DNA of 64,000 nt from Myxococcota bacterium (GTDB taxonomy: Bacteria; Myxococcota_A; Polyangia; Nannocystales; Nannocystaceae). The notes beneath the pieces are model-generated. The model did no database searches. It saw nothing but the letters and a program-made list of their open reading frames with translations, and had not been told where the DNA came from. The translations under genes were made by a program, and so were the position numbers. Location of the stretch: positions 128,001 to 192,000 of the forward strand of contig JBCCHT010000010.1 in the NCBI GenBank assembly GCA_039028615.1, in the 5' to 3' direction. Positions 17,467 to 28,975 of this stretch are shown here, in pieces; the stretch's first letter is position 1, and every line of letters starts with the position of its first letter.

Positions 17467-18368
17467 GATGAAACCTTCGTTTCGAATTGGCCTTCGAGAT
17501 AGGCGGGACCGCCGGGGGCGTCGCCGACCCACACCGAGTGACCCTTGACGTAGAGCCCGACCTTGGCCGGCAGCACCAGCGGTTTGGTGAACTTGACATC
17601 GAGTACCGACAGGGCGCGGGTCGAGCCCGCGAAGAGGGTGCGTTGCAGGCCCTCCATGGTGCGAGCCATGGTGGAGAAACCGTGAAGGATGGTGTTGCGG
17701 AAGCCGAAGGCGCGCGCGTAGGGGGCGACCCAATGCACCGGGTTGAAGTCCCCGGTGAGGCGCGCGAAGTCGAGTCCGGCGTCGGGGCGTAGCCGCCAGC
17801 GCTGGAGCTCCTCGGCGTCGCCGGGCACCCGCGGGCGCTCCCTCTTCTTGCCGCCCTTGTTGCCGCCGCCCAGCGGGACGATGGCGTACAGGTGGCCGAC
17901 GACGGCATCGGGGTTGGAGCTCGTACCGGTGGCGACCCGCTGGTGGATCACCGCGCGGCTGCCGTTGTCGTCGATGCCCTCGAGGCGGGCGCGGGCGTGC
18001 AGGGCCTCCTTGGCGGGCAGGGGAGCGTTGATCTCCAGCCGGCAGCCGCCGTTGAGCACCTTGAACATGGGGTAGGGCAGGCCCTGCAGCGTGCGCGAGG
18101 CCAGCGGGAAGCCCCACTGCGGGAAGAAGTGGGCGGGCACCTGGCCGCGGTACGACGAGGGGTCACCGCCCACGTGGCGGATATAGGCCTTGAGCAGATC
18201 GGCCGGACGCGGCGTGATGGTGGTCGCGATCTCGGGTCCGGGCGTCTCGGGCAGACCGGTGTCCCCCGGGCCGTGGCCCATGCGCTGCCGGATGGCCGAG
18301 ACGCCCACCGCAGCGAGGGTCTTGATCACTGGGCCCTGGGCCAGGATGTGCTTGTTGGAGACGGGCAT
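17463..18368 (-). CDS. MaoC/HtdX-type double hot-dog dehydratase
   Basis: FARLTGDFNPVH and ILHGF hydratase motif; start MPVSNK at 18368. Confidence 0.9.
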   Translation of the reverse strand: MPVSNKHILAQGPVIKTLAAVGVSAIRQRMGHGPGDTGLPETPGPEIATTITPRPADLLKAYIRHVGGDPSSYRGQVPAHFFPQWGFPLASRTLQGLPYPMFKVLNGGCRLEINAPLPAKEALHARARLEGIDDNGSRAVIHQRVATGTSSNPDAVVGHLYAIVPLGGGNKGGKKRERPRVPGDAEELQRWRLRPDAGLDFARLTGDFNPVHWVAPYARAFGFRNTILHGFSTMARTMEGLQRTLFAGSTRALSVLDVKFTKPLVLPAKVGLYVKGHSVWVGDAPGGPAYLEGQFETKVSS

Positions 18369-18400
18369 GATGTTCGCTCGTTCGTTGGCGAAGGGCGGCC

Positions 18401-20317
18401 CTATTGCGCGGCCGACTTGGCCTCGTCCGCGCCGCGGGTGTAGCGGGCGAGCCGGTCGAGCAGGTTCTTGCCCGTGTTGGTGATGAGGTCGTGCTGGTGA
18501 CGGGCGCGGGGCTCGGCGCGGTCGAGGTAGCGCTCGAGCACCTCGATGCGCTCGGGGTGCTGCTTGCACTGCTCGAGCAGGACCTCGCAGATGGCCACGT
18601 CGGACAGCAGCTGGGTCAGGTGCTCCGCGTGCAGCATGGCGTAGGAGAAGTCGCGCTTGGGATCCCAGCCGTTGGTGAAGGCCTTGGGCCACTGCGTGAT
18701 GGGCTTGTCCTGGACCGCCTTGAACTTGTCGGTGGCGGTGCGGCGGATGAGGTGCTGCTGGGCGTCGAAGGACAGCACCTGCAGCTTGGCCACCCGGCGC
18801 TCGTGCGCGTCGCGGGCCGACAGCGAGCGCCAGCGGGCCTGCGCCGACTGCTTCACGAAGTCCTGGGGCGCCTTGATGATCGCGCCCAGGGTGTCCTTCA
18901 TGGCCATGAGGGCCTGGATCTGGCTGGTGCCCTCGTAGATGGGCATGACCATCGAGTCGCGCAGCAGTTTCTCGGCGCCGTACTCGGTCGTGTAGCCGTT
19001 GCCGCCGTGAATCTGCACGGCGCGGCGGGACATCTCGACCGCCTTCTCGGCCGCGAGATACTTGAGCAGCGGGGTCACCTTGCGCGCGGCGGAGGCGTGC
19101 TTGCTCTTGGCCCGACGCAGCTCGGAGGCGCGGTCGGTGTCGACGCGGCTGGCGATGTCCAGCTTCTGCGACATCTCCTCGTGGAATGCCCCGTGCATGA
19201 TCAGGGCGCGCAGGCCCTGGATGTCGGTCTTCATCTCGTCGAGGTAGTCGAAGATCATCTCGTGCTGGTCGATGGTCTTGCCCATCGACGGGCGCTGCTC
19301 GGCGTACTCCTTGGCGGCCCGGTAGGCGGCCTCGCACAGCCCGAGAGACTCGAAGCCGACGCCCAGGCGGGCGTTGTTCATCAGCAGGAGCATGTAGCGG
19401 AAGCCCTCGCCGCGCTCGCCGATGAGGTGGGCGGGGGCGCGGTCGAAGCTCAGGGCCGCGGTGCAGGAGCCGTGGTGGCCGAGCTTCTCCTCGACGCGCT
19501 CGAGGGTCACGAGGCGCTTGCGGTTGCCGTCCTCGTCCTCCTCGTAGGCGGGCACGAGGAACATCGACAGCCCGGCCAGGCCGGCCATGGGGTCGTCGGG
19601 GTCGCCCGGCTTCTCGGTGCGGGCGATGACGAAGTGGTACTTGCCGTGGCCCGAGGTGATGAAGATCTTCTGCCCGGTGACGAACCAGTTGCCGTCGGCG
19701 TCCTGCTCACCCACGGTGCGCAGCGAGGCCATGTCGGAGCCGGCGTCGGGCTCGGTGATGTCCATGCAGCCCCAGGCTTCACCGCTGGCGATCTCCTCGA
19801 TCTCGTCCTGGAAGCGGGTCTTGGCGACGCGGTGACCCTCGAAGGTGGTGGAGCCCTCGCGGATGGAGAAGGCCAGCATCGCCAGCGCCATGCCGCCATG
19901 GAAGCCGTGGTGGGCCATGACCGAGACGTCGGCGCGGGCCATCAGCTCGGCGCTGATGAAGTAGAGGATGAGCGGGCAGTTCATCCCGTCCAACTCGCGG
20001 GGGATGTTGAGACGGTGGAGGTCCAGCTCCTTGATCTGGTCGAAGAGCTCGTCGAGCTCGGGGGCGCAGTGGGCCTCGCCGTCCTCGACGATGAAGCCGG
20101 CCTTCTCGATGGCGCGGGCGCGGGGGACGATCTCTTCGGCGGCGAGCTTGCCGATCATGTCGGCGATGTCGCGGTACATGTCGACGGCCTCGCCCAGATC
20201 TTGGGGGCCGTCTTCGTCTTCGAAGCCGCGCTCGGTGAGCTTGACGACGGGCTCCCAGTCGATGCCCTTGTCGAGGTAGAACAGCAGGTCTTCGTTGTCG
20301 GAAAGGAAGTTGGCCAT
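18401..20317 (-). CDS. Acyl-CoA dehydrogenase (FadE5-like)
   Basis: MDITEPDAGSD, GQKIFITSG, EEKLGHHGS, QIHGGNGY, IYEGTSQIQ. Confidence 0.95.
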   Translation of the reverse strand: MANFLSDNEDLLFYLDKGIDWEPVVKLTERGFEDEDGPQDLGEAVDMYRDIADMIGKLAAEEIVPRARAIEKAGFIVEDGEAHCAPELDELFDQIKELDLHRLNIPRELDGMNCPLILYFISAELMARADVSVMAHHGFHGGMALAMLAFSIREGSTTFEGHRVAKTRFQDEIEEIASGEAWGCMDITEPDAGSDMASLRTVGEQDADGNWFVTGQKIFITSGHGKYHFVIARTEKPGDPDDPMAGLAGLSMFLVPAYEEDEDGNRKRLVTLERVEEKLGHHGSCTAALSFDRAPAHLIGERGEGFRYMLLLMNNARLGVGFESLGLCEAAYRAAKEYAEQRPSMGKTIDQHEMIFDYLDEMKTDIQGLRALIMHGAFHEEMSQKLDIASRVDTDRASELRRAKSKHASAARKVTPLLKYLAAEKAVEMSRRAVQIHGGNGYTTEYGAEKLLRDSMVMPIYEGTSQIQALMAMKDTLGAIIKAPQDFVKQSAQARWRSLSARDAHERRVAKLQVLSFDAQQHLIRRTATDKFKAVQDKPITQWPKAFTNGWDPKRDFSYAMLHAEHLTQLLSDVAICEVLLEQCKQHPERIEVLERYLDRAEPRARHQHDLITNTGKNLLDRLARYTRGADEAKSAAQ

Positions 20318-20404
20318 GAGGCTACGACTCCGTAGTACGGTCCCTGAGGACCGGCGGGGTTGACGTTCAACGGTGGGGGCCCCGGGGGTTACCCGGGCCC
20401 GAGT

Positions 20405-21109
20405 TCACTCCGCGGGATCGCCAGAGGACTGGCGAACGGGAGTGGGCGGAAATACATCGGGAGGGTCGATGCCCTGGCGCGCGGCCGCGGGATCGACGAA
20501 CAAACCAGCACGAGCCACCCGAAGCAGCTCGACGACATAGCGCTCGGCGATGGCGTCACGCTCTTCGGATTCCGGAGGAACCAGCGCGACGATGGAATCG
20601 ACGAGAGCCATTCCACTGACCATCAAGTTGATCATGTGGACGATATAGGCCTCGGGGTCGATGTCCGCGTGGACACGGCCCTGCTGTTGGCCTTTGCGAA
20701 TGTAGTCGCAGATGATCTTGGTCCACGGCTGGACGTGCTGCTCGATGAGCGGGCGCATCTCCTCGGGACGATCGAGCAGCTCGCGGAGCAACAGCCGCGC
20801 TCGGTCGGGATCGGAACGGAAGAACTGCAGCGTCTCCGTCGCCACCGCTTCGAACTGCTCGGGGCCCGAGGTGGCGGCCTTGAGCAGGCGCGGCACGACC
20901 TCGTTCCAGTGCGAGAGCATGTTCTCGAGCACGCCGCGGCGCAGCTCGTCTTTGGAATTGAAGTGATACAGAAGCGAGGGCTTCCGGATCCCGACAGCGA
21001 TGGCAATGTCGCGCAGCGATGCGCCCACGAAGCCTCGGGCGGCGAACAGCCGCGTGGCGTGGGCGAGAATCTGCTGGCTGATGTCGGCGCCTTTGGAACG
21101 CTCGGTCAT
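20405..21109 (-). CDS. TetR/AcrR family transcriptional regulator
   Basis: LFAARGF...LRDIA...GIRKPSLLYHFNSKDEL HTH. Confidence 0.93.
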   Translation of the reverse strand: MTERSKGADISQQILAHATRLFAARGFVGASLRDIAIAVGIRKPSLLYHFNSKDELRRGVLENMLSHWNEVVPRLLKAATSGPEQFEAVATETLQFFRSDPDRARLLLRELLDRPEEMRPLIEQHVQPWTKIICDYIRKGQQQGRVHADIDPEAYIVHMINLMVSGMALVDSIVALVPPESEERDAIAERYVVELLRVARAGLFVDPAAARQGIDPPDVFPPTPVRQSSGDPAE

Positions 21110-21126
21110 TGGCGACGCGGGCTGGT

Positions 21127-21187
21127 TCTACCAACCGTTCGATTGTTCTCTACCACTCGGTAGAGAGGTCGTCAACCGACCGGTAGA
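21127..21187. promoter_or_regulatory. Three tandem TetR operator-like palindromes (TCTACC-N4-GGTAGA consensus)
   Basis: TCTACCAACCGTTCGA (21127), perfect TCTCTACC-ACTC-GGTAGAGA (21147-21166), TCAACCGACCGGTAGA (21172); 22-23 bp period in the divergent gap. Confidence 0.78.
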
Positions 21188-21263
21188 CAAGCGCGATCCT
21201 CGCGTTCGAAGCGGCAGAAATGGTGCCTGCGTTCCTCTGTAGGCGTCCTAGACTCTCATCTGC

Positions 21264-22298
21264 ATGAACAACCTGATGGCCGAGACCGTTCGTCTGGCGT
21301 ATCGCGGGCAGCAGCAATCGCTGCGCGGCGCCTCCGCAGTCGCCTTCCGCATTGGACGTCGCTTGGCCTTCGGCAAGGAGGCCCAGCCGGCCCCCCATCA
21401 ATTGAAGGCGCTGCTCGACAGCTTCGAGAGCCTGCTTCGGCGCGACTTCCAAAACGCGAAGGCGGGCATCTACCCCTCGTCGTTGCTCTTCCAGATTCCC
21501 TACCGGACCTACGCGCGGTCGCTGCCGCGGCTGGTCCGCGACATGCCCAACATCCTGCGCCGCAAGCAGCACGACGACTGGAAGGATCTGCCGTGCGAGG
21601 TCGACGTGCGCGGCTACCCGCCCTACTACCGCCGCACCTTCCATTGGCAGAGCGATGGCTACCTCAGCCGGCGCTCGGCCGAGCTGTATGACGTGGGCGT
21701 CGAGCTGTTGTTCGGAGGCACGGCCGACGTGATGCGTCGCCAGGTCATCCCGCCCATCGTCGCGCATGCCCGCGGTCGCGGTCGGCCCATCAACGTGCTC
21801 GAGATCGCCTGCGGTACCGGTCGCGCCGGCTCCCAGCTCGTCCGCGCGCTGCCCGATGCCAGCTACACCGGCCTCGACCTCAGCCCCTACTACATCGACG
21901 TCGCGCGCGAGCGCCTGGGGCAGGGCGGGCAGGTGCGCTTCGAGGTCGGCAACGCGGAGTCGTTGCCCTTCGCCGACGGTAGCTTCGACGCGGTGTTCTC
22001 CGTCTACTTGTTCCACGAGCTGCCCCGCAACGCGCGGCGCCGCGTGTGGTCCGAGATGCGCCGCGTCCTTCGTCCGGGCGGCTGCGTGGTGATCGAGGAC
22101 TCGCTGCAGCCGGGCGATGCGGGCGACCTGGGCACCTTCCTCGATCGTTTCCCCGAGGACATGCACGAGCCCTTCTATCGCGACTACCTGCGCGACGACA
22201 TCGGCGAGGGGCTCGAGGAGATGGGCTTCGTGGTCGATCAGACCGAGCGGGCATTTTTGTCCAAGGTGGTGCATGCTCACCGCCCGCTTTCCTCCTGA
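21264..22298 (+). CDS. Class I SAM-dependent methyltransferase (UbiE-like, with YY..FH.Q.DGYLS N-terminal motif)
   Basis: VLEIACGTG, GLDLS, GNAESLPFADGSFD, LFHELP, LRPGG. Confidence 0.9.
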   Translation: MNNLMAETVRLAYRGQQQSLRGASAVAFRIGRRLAFGKEAQPAPHQLKALLDSFESLLRRDFQNAKAGIYPSSLLFQIPYRTYARSLPRLVRDMPNILRRKQHDDWKDLPCEVDVRGYPPYYRRTFHWQSDGYLSRRSAELYDVGVELLFGGTADVMRRQVIPPIVAHARGRGRPINVLEIACGTGRAGSQLVRALPDASYTGLDLSPYYIDVARERLGQGGQVRFEVGNAESLPFADGSFDAVFSVYLFHELPRNARRRVWSEMRRVLRPGGCVVIEDSLQPGDAGDLGTFLDRFPEDMHEPFYRDYLRDDIGEGLEEMGFVVDQTERAFLSKVVHAHRPLSS

Positions 22299-22311
22299 GC
22301 AGCCTCGCCCC

Positions 22312-24021
22312 GTGCCCGCCTACCAGATCGCATCCCTCATCCACGAGGGTTTCGATACCTTCTACAAGGAGTTCATGCGCCTCACTCGAGGGGCGCGTCG
22401 ACACTTCGACGCGGGCGACTGGCTGCGCCTCCAAGAAGATCAGCGCAAGCGCATCGACCTGTACCAGCGCTTCGTCGGCCGCACGCTGTCGTCGTTGGCC
22501 CCGCTGACCAGTCGGCACCCGGGTGACCTCGCGCTGTGGACCAAGGCCCACGTGCACTACGCCGACATGGTCGCGCCGCGGGTCGACGTGGAGGTCGCCG
22601 AGACCTTCTTCAACGCGATCACCCGCAAGACCTTCAACACGGTCGGCGTCAATCCACAGATCGAGTTCCTCGACAACGACCTCGAGCGCCACGAAAAGCA
22701 CCTGTCGCCGGGGCTGTTCCGCAGCTTCTTGTGGAACGACGACCTGGCGGCAGTGCTGCGCGACGTCCTGCGCTTCCCTCGGCCGGCCGTGCGCTGGCGC
22801 GACCTCGAAGGCGACGTCGCGTGGCTATGCGGGCGGATCGTGGCCGGGTGCCCCTTGCTGCGCCACGGGGGCCGGCCCGATCGGGTCGATGTGGTCAAGA
22901 CCGTCTTCTTCCGCCCCAAGGAGGGCTACATCGTCGCCCGGGTGGTGCGAGGGTCCGAGGTCACGCCCTTGCTCATCCCGCTGCGCTCGAGTCACGAGGG
23001 CATGATGGTCGACGGTGCGCTGCTGACCGAGGCCGAGGTCATGCCGGTCTTCAGCGCCACCCGCTCGTACATGTTCGTCGACGTGCACAAGCCGGCCGCG
23101 CTCGTCGACTTTCTCGGCAGCTTCCTGCCCGCCTTGTCTCGCTCCGAGCTGTACGTCGCCATCGCGCATCACCGCCACGGCAAGAGCCTCATCTACCGCG
23201 AGCTGGTCGAGCACCTGGCGTCGAGCCAAGACCCCTTCATCGTCGCCCCGGGCATCCGCGGCTTGGTGATGACGGTCTTCACCAGCCCCACCTACCGCAA
23301 CGTCTTCAAGCTGATTCGGGACCGGCCGGAAAAGACGGGAATGACCCGTGAGCACGTGCTGCAGTCCTACCGGGACGTGTTTCGAGGTCAGCGGGTCGGG
23401 CGTCTGGCCGACACCCAGGAGTTCGAATTCCTGGCCTTCGAGCGGGCTCGCTTCGACGACGAGTGCCTGCAGGAGCTCCTCCAAAAGGCGCCCAGCTTGG
23501 TCAAGGTCGAGGGTGACCGCGTGGTCATCGAGCACCTGTATATCGAAGAGAAGATGACGCCGCTCGACATCTACCTCGCGTCGGCCGAGCTGCCCGATGC
23601 CCAGCAGGCGATCATCGACTACGGCACGGCGATCAAAGAGCTCGCGGCCCACAACATCTTCGCGGGCGACCTGTTGTGGAAGAACTTCGGGGTCAACCGC
23701 TTCGGGCGTCTGGTCTGCTACGACTACGACGAGATCCGTCCGCTGCTCGACTGCAACTTTCGCAAGGTTCCCAAGGCGCAGAGCTGGGAAGACGAGATGT
23801 CCGCTCAGCCCTACTACTCGGTCCGGGAGAACGATGTCTTCCCCGAGGAGTGGGCGCCCTTCGTCGCGCCGCGTCGACCGCCCGCACTCCGCGAGGCCTT
23901 CCTCGATGCCCATGCTGACATGTTCACCGCGCAATGGTGGCAGGGCGTGCAGCAGGACGTACTTGCGGGGAGGGTTCGTGTCAATTTGCCGTACCGTCGT
24001 CGCGAGCGAGATCCCAGCTGA
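22312..24021 (+). CDS. aceK: Isocitrate dehydrogenase kinase/phosphatase
   Basis: AETFFN, FSATRSY, HGKS, APGIRGLVM, FKLIRD, RVGRLADTQEF, GDLLWKNFGV, YDYDEI, DVFPEE; GTG start inferred. Confidence 0.93.
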   Translation: MPAYQIASLIHEGFDTFYKEFMRLTRGARRHFDAGDWLRLQEDQRKRIDLYQRFVGRTLSSLAPLTSRHPGDLALWTKAHVHYADMVAPRVDVEVAETFFNAITRKTFNTVGVNPQIEFLDNDLERHEKHLSPGLFRSFLWNDDLAAVLRDVLRFPRPAVRWRDLEGDVAWLCGRIVAGCPLLRHGGRPDRVDVVKTVFFRPKEGYIVARVVRGSEVTPLLIPLRSSHEGMMVDGALLTEAEVMPVFSATRSYMFVDVHKPAALVDFLGSFLPALSRSELYVAIAHHRHGKSLIYRELVEHLASSQDPFIVAPGIRGLVMTVFTSPTYRNVFKLIRDRPEKTGMTREHVLQSYRDVFRGQRVGRLADTQEFEFLAFERARFDDECLQELLQKAPSLVKVEGDRVVIEHLYIEEKMTPLDIYLASAELPDAQQAIIDYGTAIKELAAHNIFAGDLLWKNFGVNRFGRLVCYDYDEIRPLLDCNFRKVPKAQSWEDEMSAQPYYSVRENDVFPEEWAPFVAPRRPPALREAFLDAHADMFTAQWWQGVQQDVLAGRVRVNLPYRRRERDPS

Positions 24022-24144
24022 GGGCCCGCGAGTACCCCCTCGGACGAGTGGTTCGAATCCTCTCGTCGCGCGCGAAAATGTGACCTGATGGCCACCTCGC
24101 GGCAAAGGCTCGGGATCGTTACACTGCGCGAGTCGGCACCGCCC

Positions 24145-25131
24145 ATGCCTTGGCAGATTCGAGCGATCGCGGGCCCTCTCGAGGGGGCTGTCTATGTGCT
24201 TCGCCGCCGCGCCATGTTCGGCCGGGCTGGCGATTGCGACATTCAGATCATCAACGACGGTGTCTCGCGAAGGCACGCCAAGCTCGTCGTCGAACCGGAT
24301 GGCCCGGTGCTCGTCGACCTACGATCCAACAACGGCACATTCGTGGGTGACGAGCGGATCGAGCGTCGCTCGTTGTCGCCGGGTGACGAGTTTCGGATCA
24401 TGAGCGCTCGCTTCTGTCTCGAGAACGCGAAGGCGCTCGCGGAGCAGGGGCACGACTCGGAAGTGTGGGCGGTCAAGGTGACCAGCGGTGTGACCTTGCG
24501 GCAGACGGTCGACCACTTGGCGGTGCCTCGCCACCAGCCGCCGCCCCGCGGCGACACCCTCGAGGACTTCGAGACGCGGCCGGCTCGACCCAAGGTGCAG
24601 GCCAAGCCCCTGCTGCGGATCGGGCGAAAGCGTGAGCCCGAGCGGCATCGCATGACCGCCATGAAGCCCGACGGCGAGCCCTATGCGGGTGACCTCGTCG
24701 GCGACTTGTTGATCTTCCGCGACCTGCAGCTGCGCATGATACGGCGTGAAACGCTCTCGCCCGTGGAGCACCGCGCGTTGGCTCATCTGACCACGGTGTT
24801 CCAGCAGGTGGCCGACGATCCCAGCCCGCACGCAGGCCTACGACGTTTTCAGCGATTTGGGTGCCGTTTCCCGGCGCGGGTGCGATGGTTGGAGGGGTCG
24901 ATCGAACACGTCGCTCCGGTCTCCGTCGTGGACGTCGGGGTGGGGGGAGCACGCGTTGCGTGGCGTTCGCACGCCTTGGACGCGGGCGTCGTGGCGTGGC
25001 TGGTCATCGATCGATTCATCGGCGGACAGACCCGAACCGTGGTGCTACCCACCCGAGTCGCATGGACCACCGAAACCGACCTGGGCCTGCAGTTTGCCGG
25101 CACCCAGGAGTGGGAAGAAAATTCGGGCTGA
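24145..25131 (+). CDS. FHA - PilZ domain protein (short paralogue)
   Basis: FHA GR/SRRH/SNNGT; PilZ RRFQR and DVGVGG; start MPWQIRAI aligns with the paralogue start. Confidence 0.85.
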   Translation: MPWQIRAIAGPLEGAVYVLRRRAMFGRAGDCDIQIINDGVSRRHAKLVVEPDGPVLVDLRSNNGTFVGDERIERRSLSPGDEFRIMSARFCLENAKALAEQGHDSEVWAVKVTSGVTLRQTVDHLAVPRHQPPPRGDTLEDFETRPARPKVQAKPLLRIGRKREPERHRMTAMKPDGEPYAGDLVGDLLIFRDLQLRMIRRETLSPVEHRALAHLTTVFQQVADDPSPHAGLRRFQRFGCRFPARVRWLEGSIEHVAPVSVVDVGVGGARVAWRSHALDAGVVAWLVIDRFIGGQTRTVVLPTRVAWTTETDLGLQFAGTQEWEENSG

Positions 25132-25309
25132 ACGCTCGATCGGTGTTCTGGTTCGGGCCACTTCGTGGTAATGCGCGGATTCGCGACGACGATCGACTCG
25201 GAACCACCGAACACCGCCCGACCCGAGTTCGTATCATGCAACGGTTTCTGCTCCCGAGCTGAACGGCTCTGGACTGATAGACTGCGGGTCCGTTCGGGCC
25301 ACGGCTGCC

Positions 25310-28960
<3,651 letters not shown>

Positions 28961-28975
28961 GGAGCGAACCCCACG

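Noticed and set aside
16030..19337. Apparent long fusions in the ORF track (695-aa FabG, 624-aa MaoC; likewise 433-aa PP2C and 664-aa DnaK)
   Set aside because: Upstream extensions overlap neighbouring genes or promoters; downstream starts match family N-termini
23380..23430. Possible loss of the AceK phosphatase Asp (QRVGR versus DRVGR)
   Set aside because: By my count against the E. coli sequence the essential Asp is the one in ADTQEF, which is retained
24043..24067. GGTTCGAATCC T-loop hairpin suggesting a tRNA or att remnant
   Set aside because: No convincing D-arm, anticodon arm or CCA; a full cloverleaf would overlap the aceK stop; no integrase nearby. More likely a simple post-aceK hairpin (tRNAscan would settle it)
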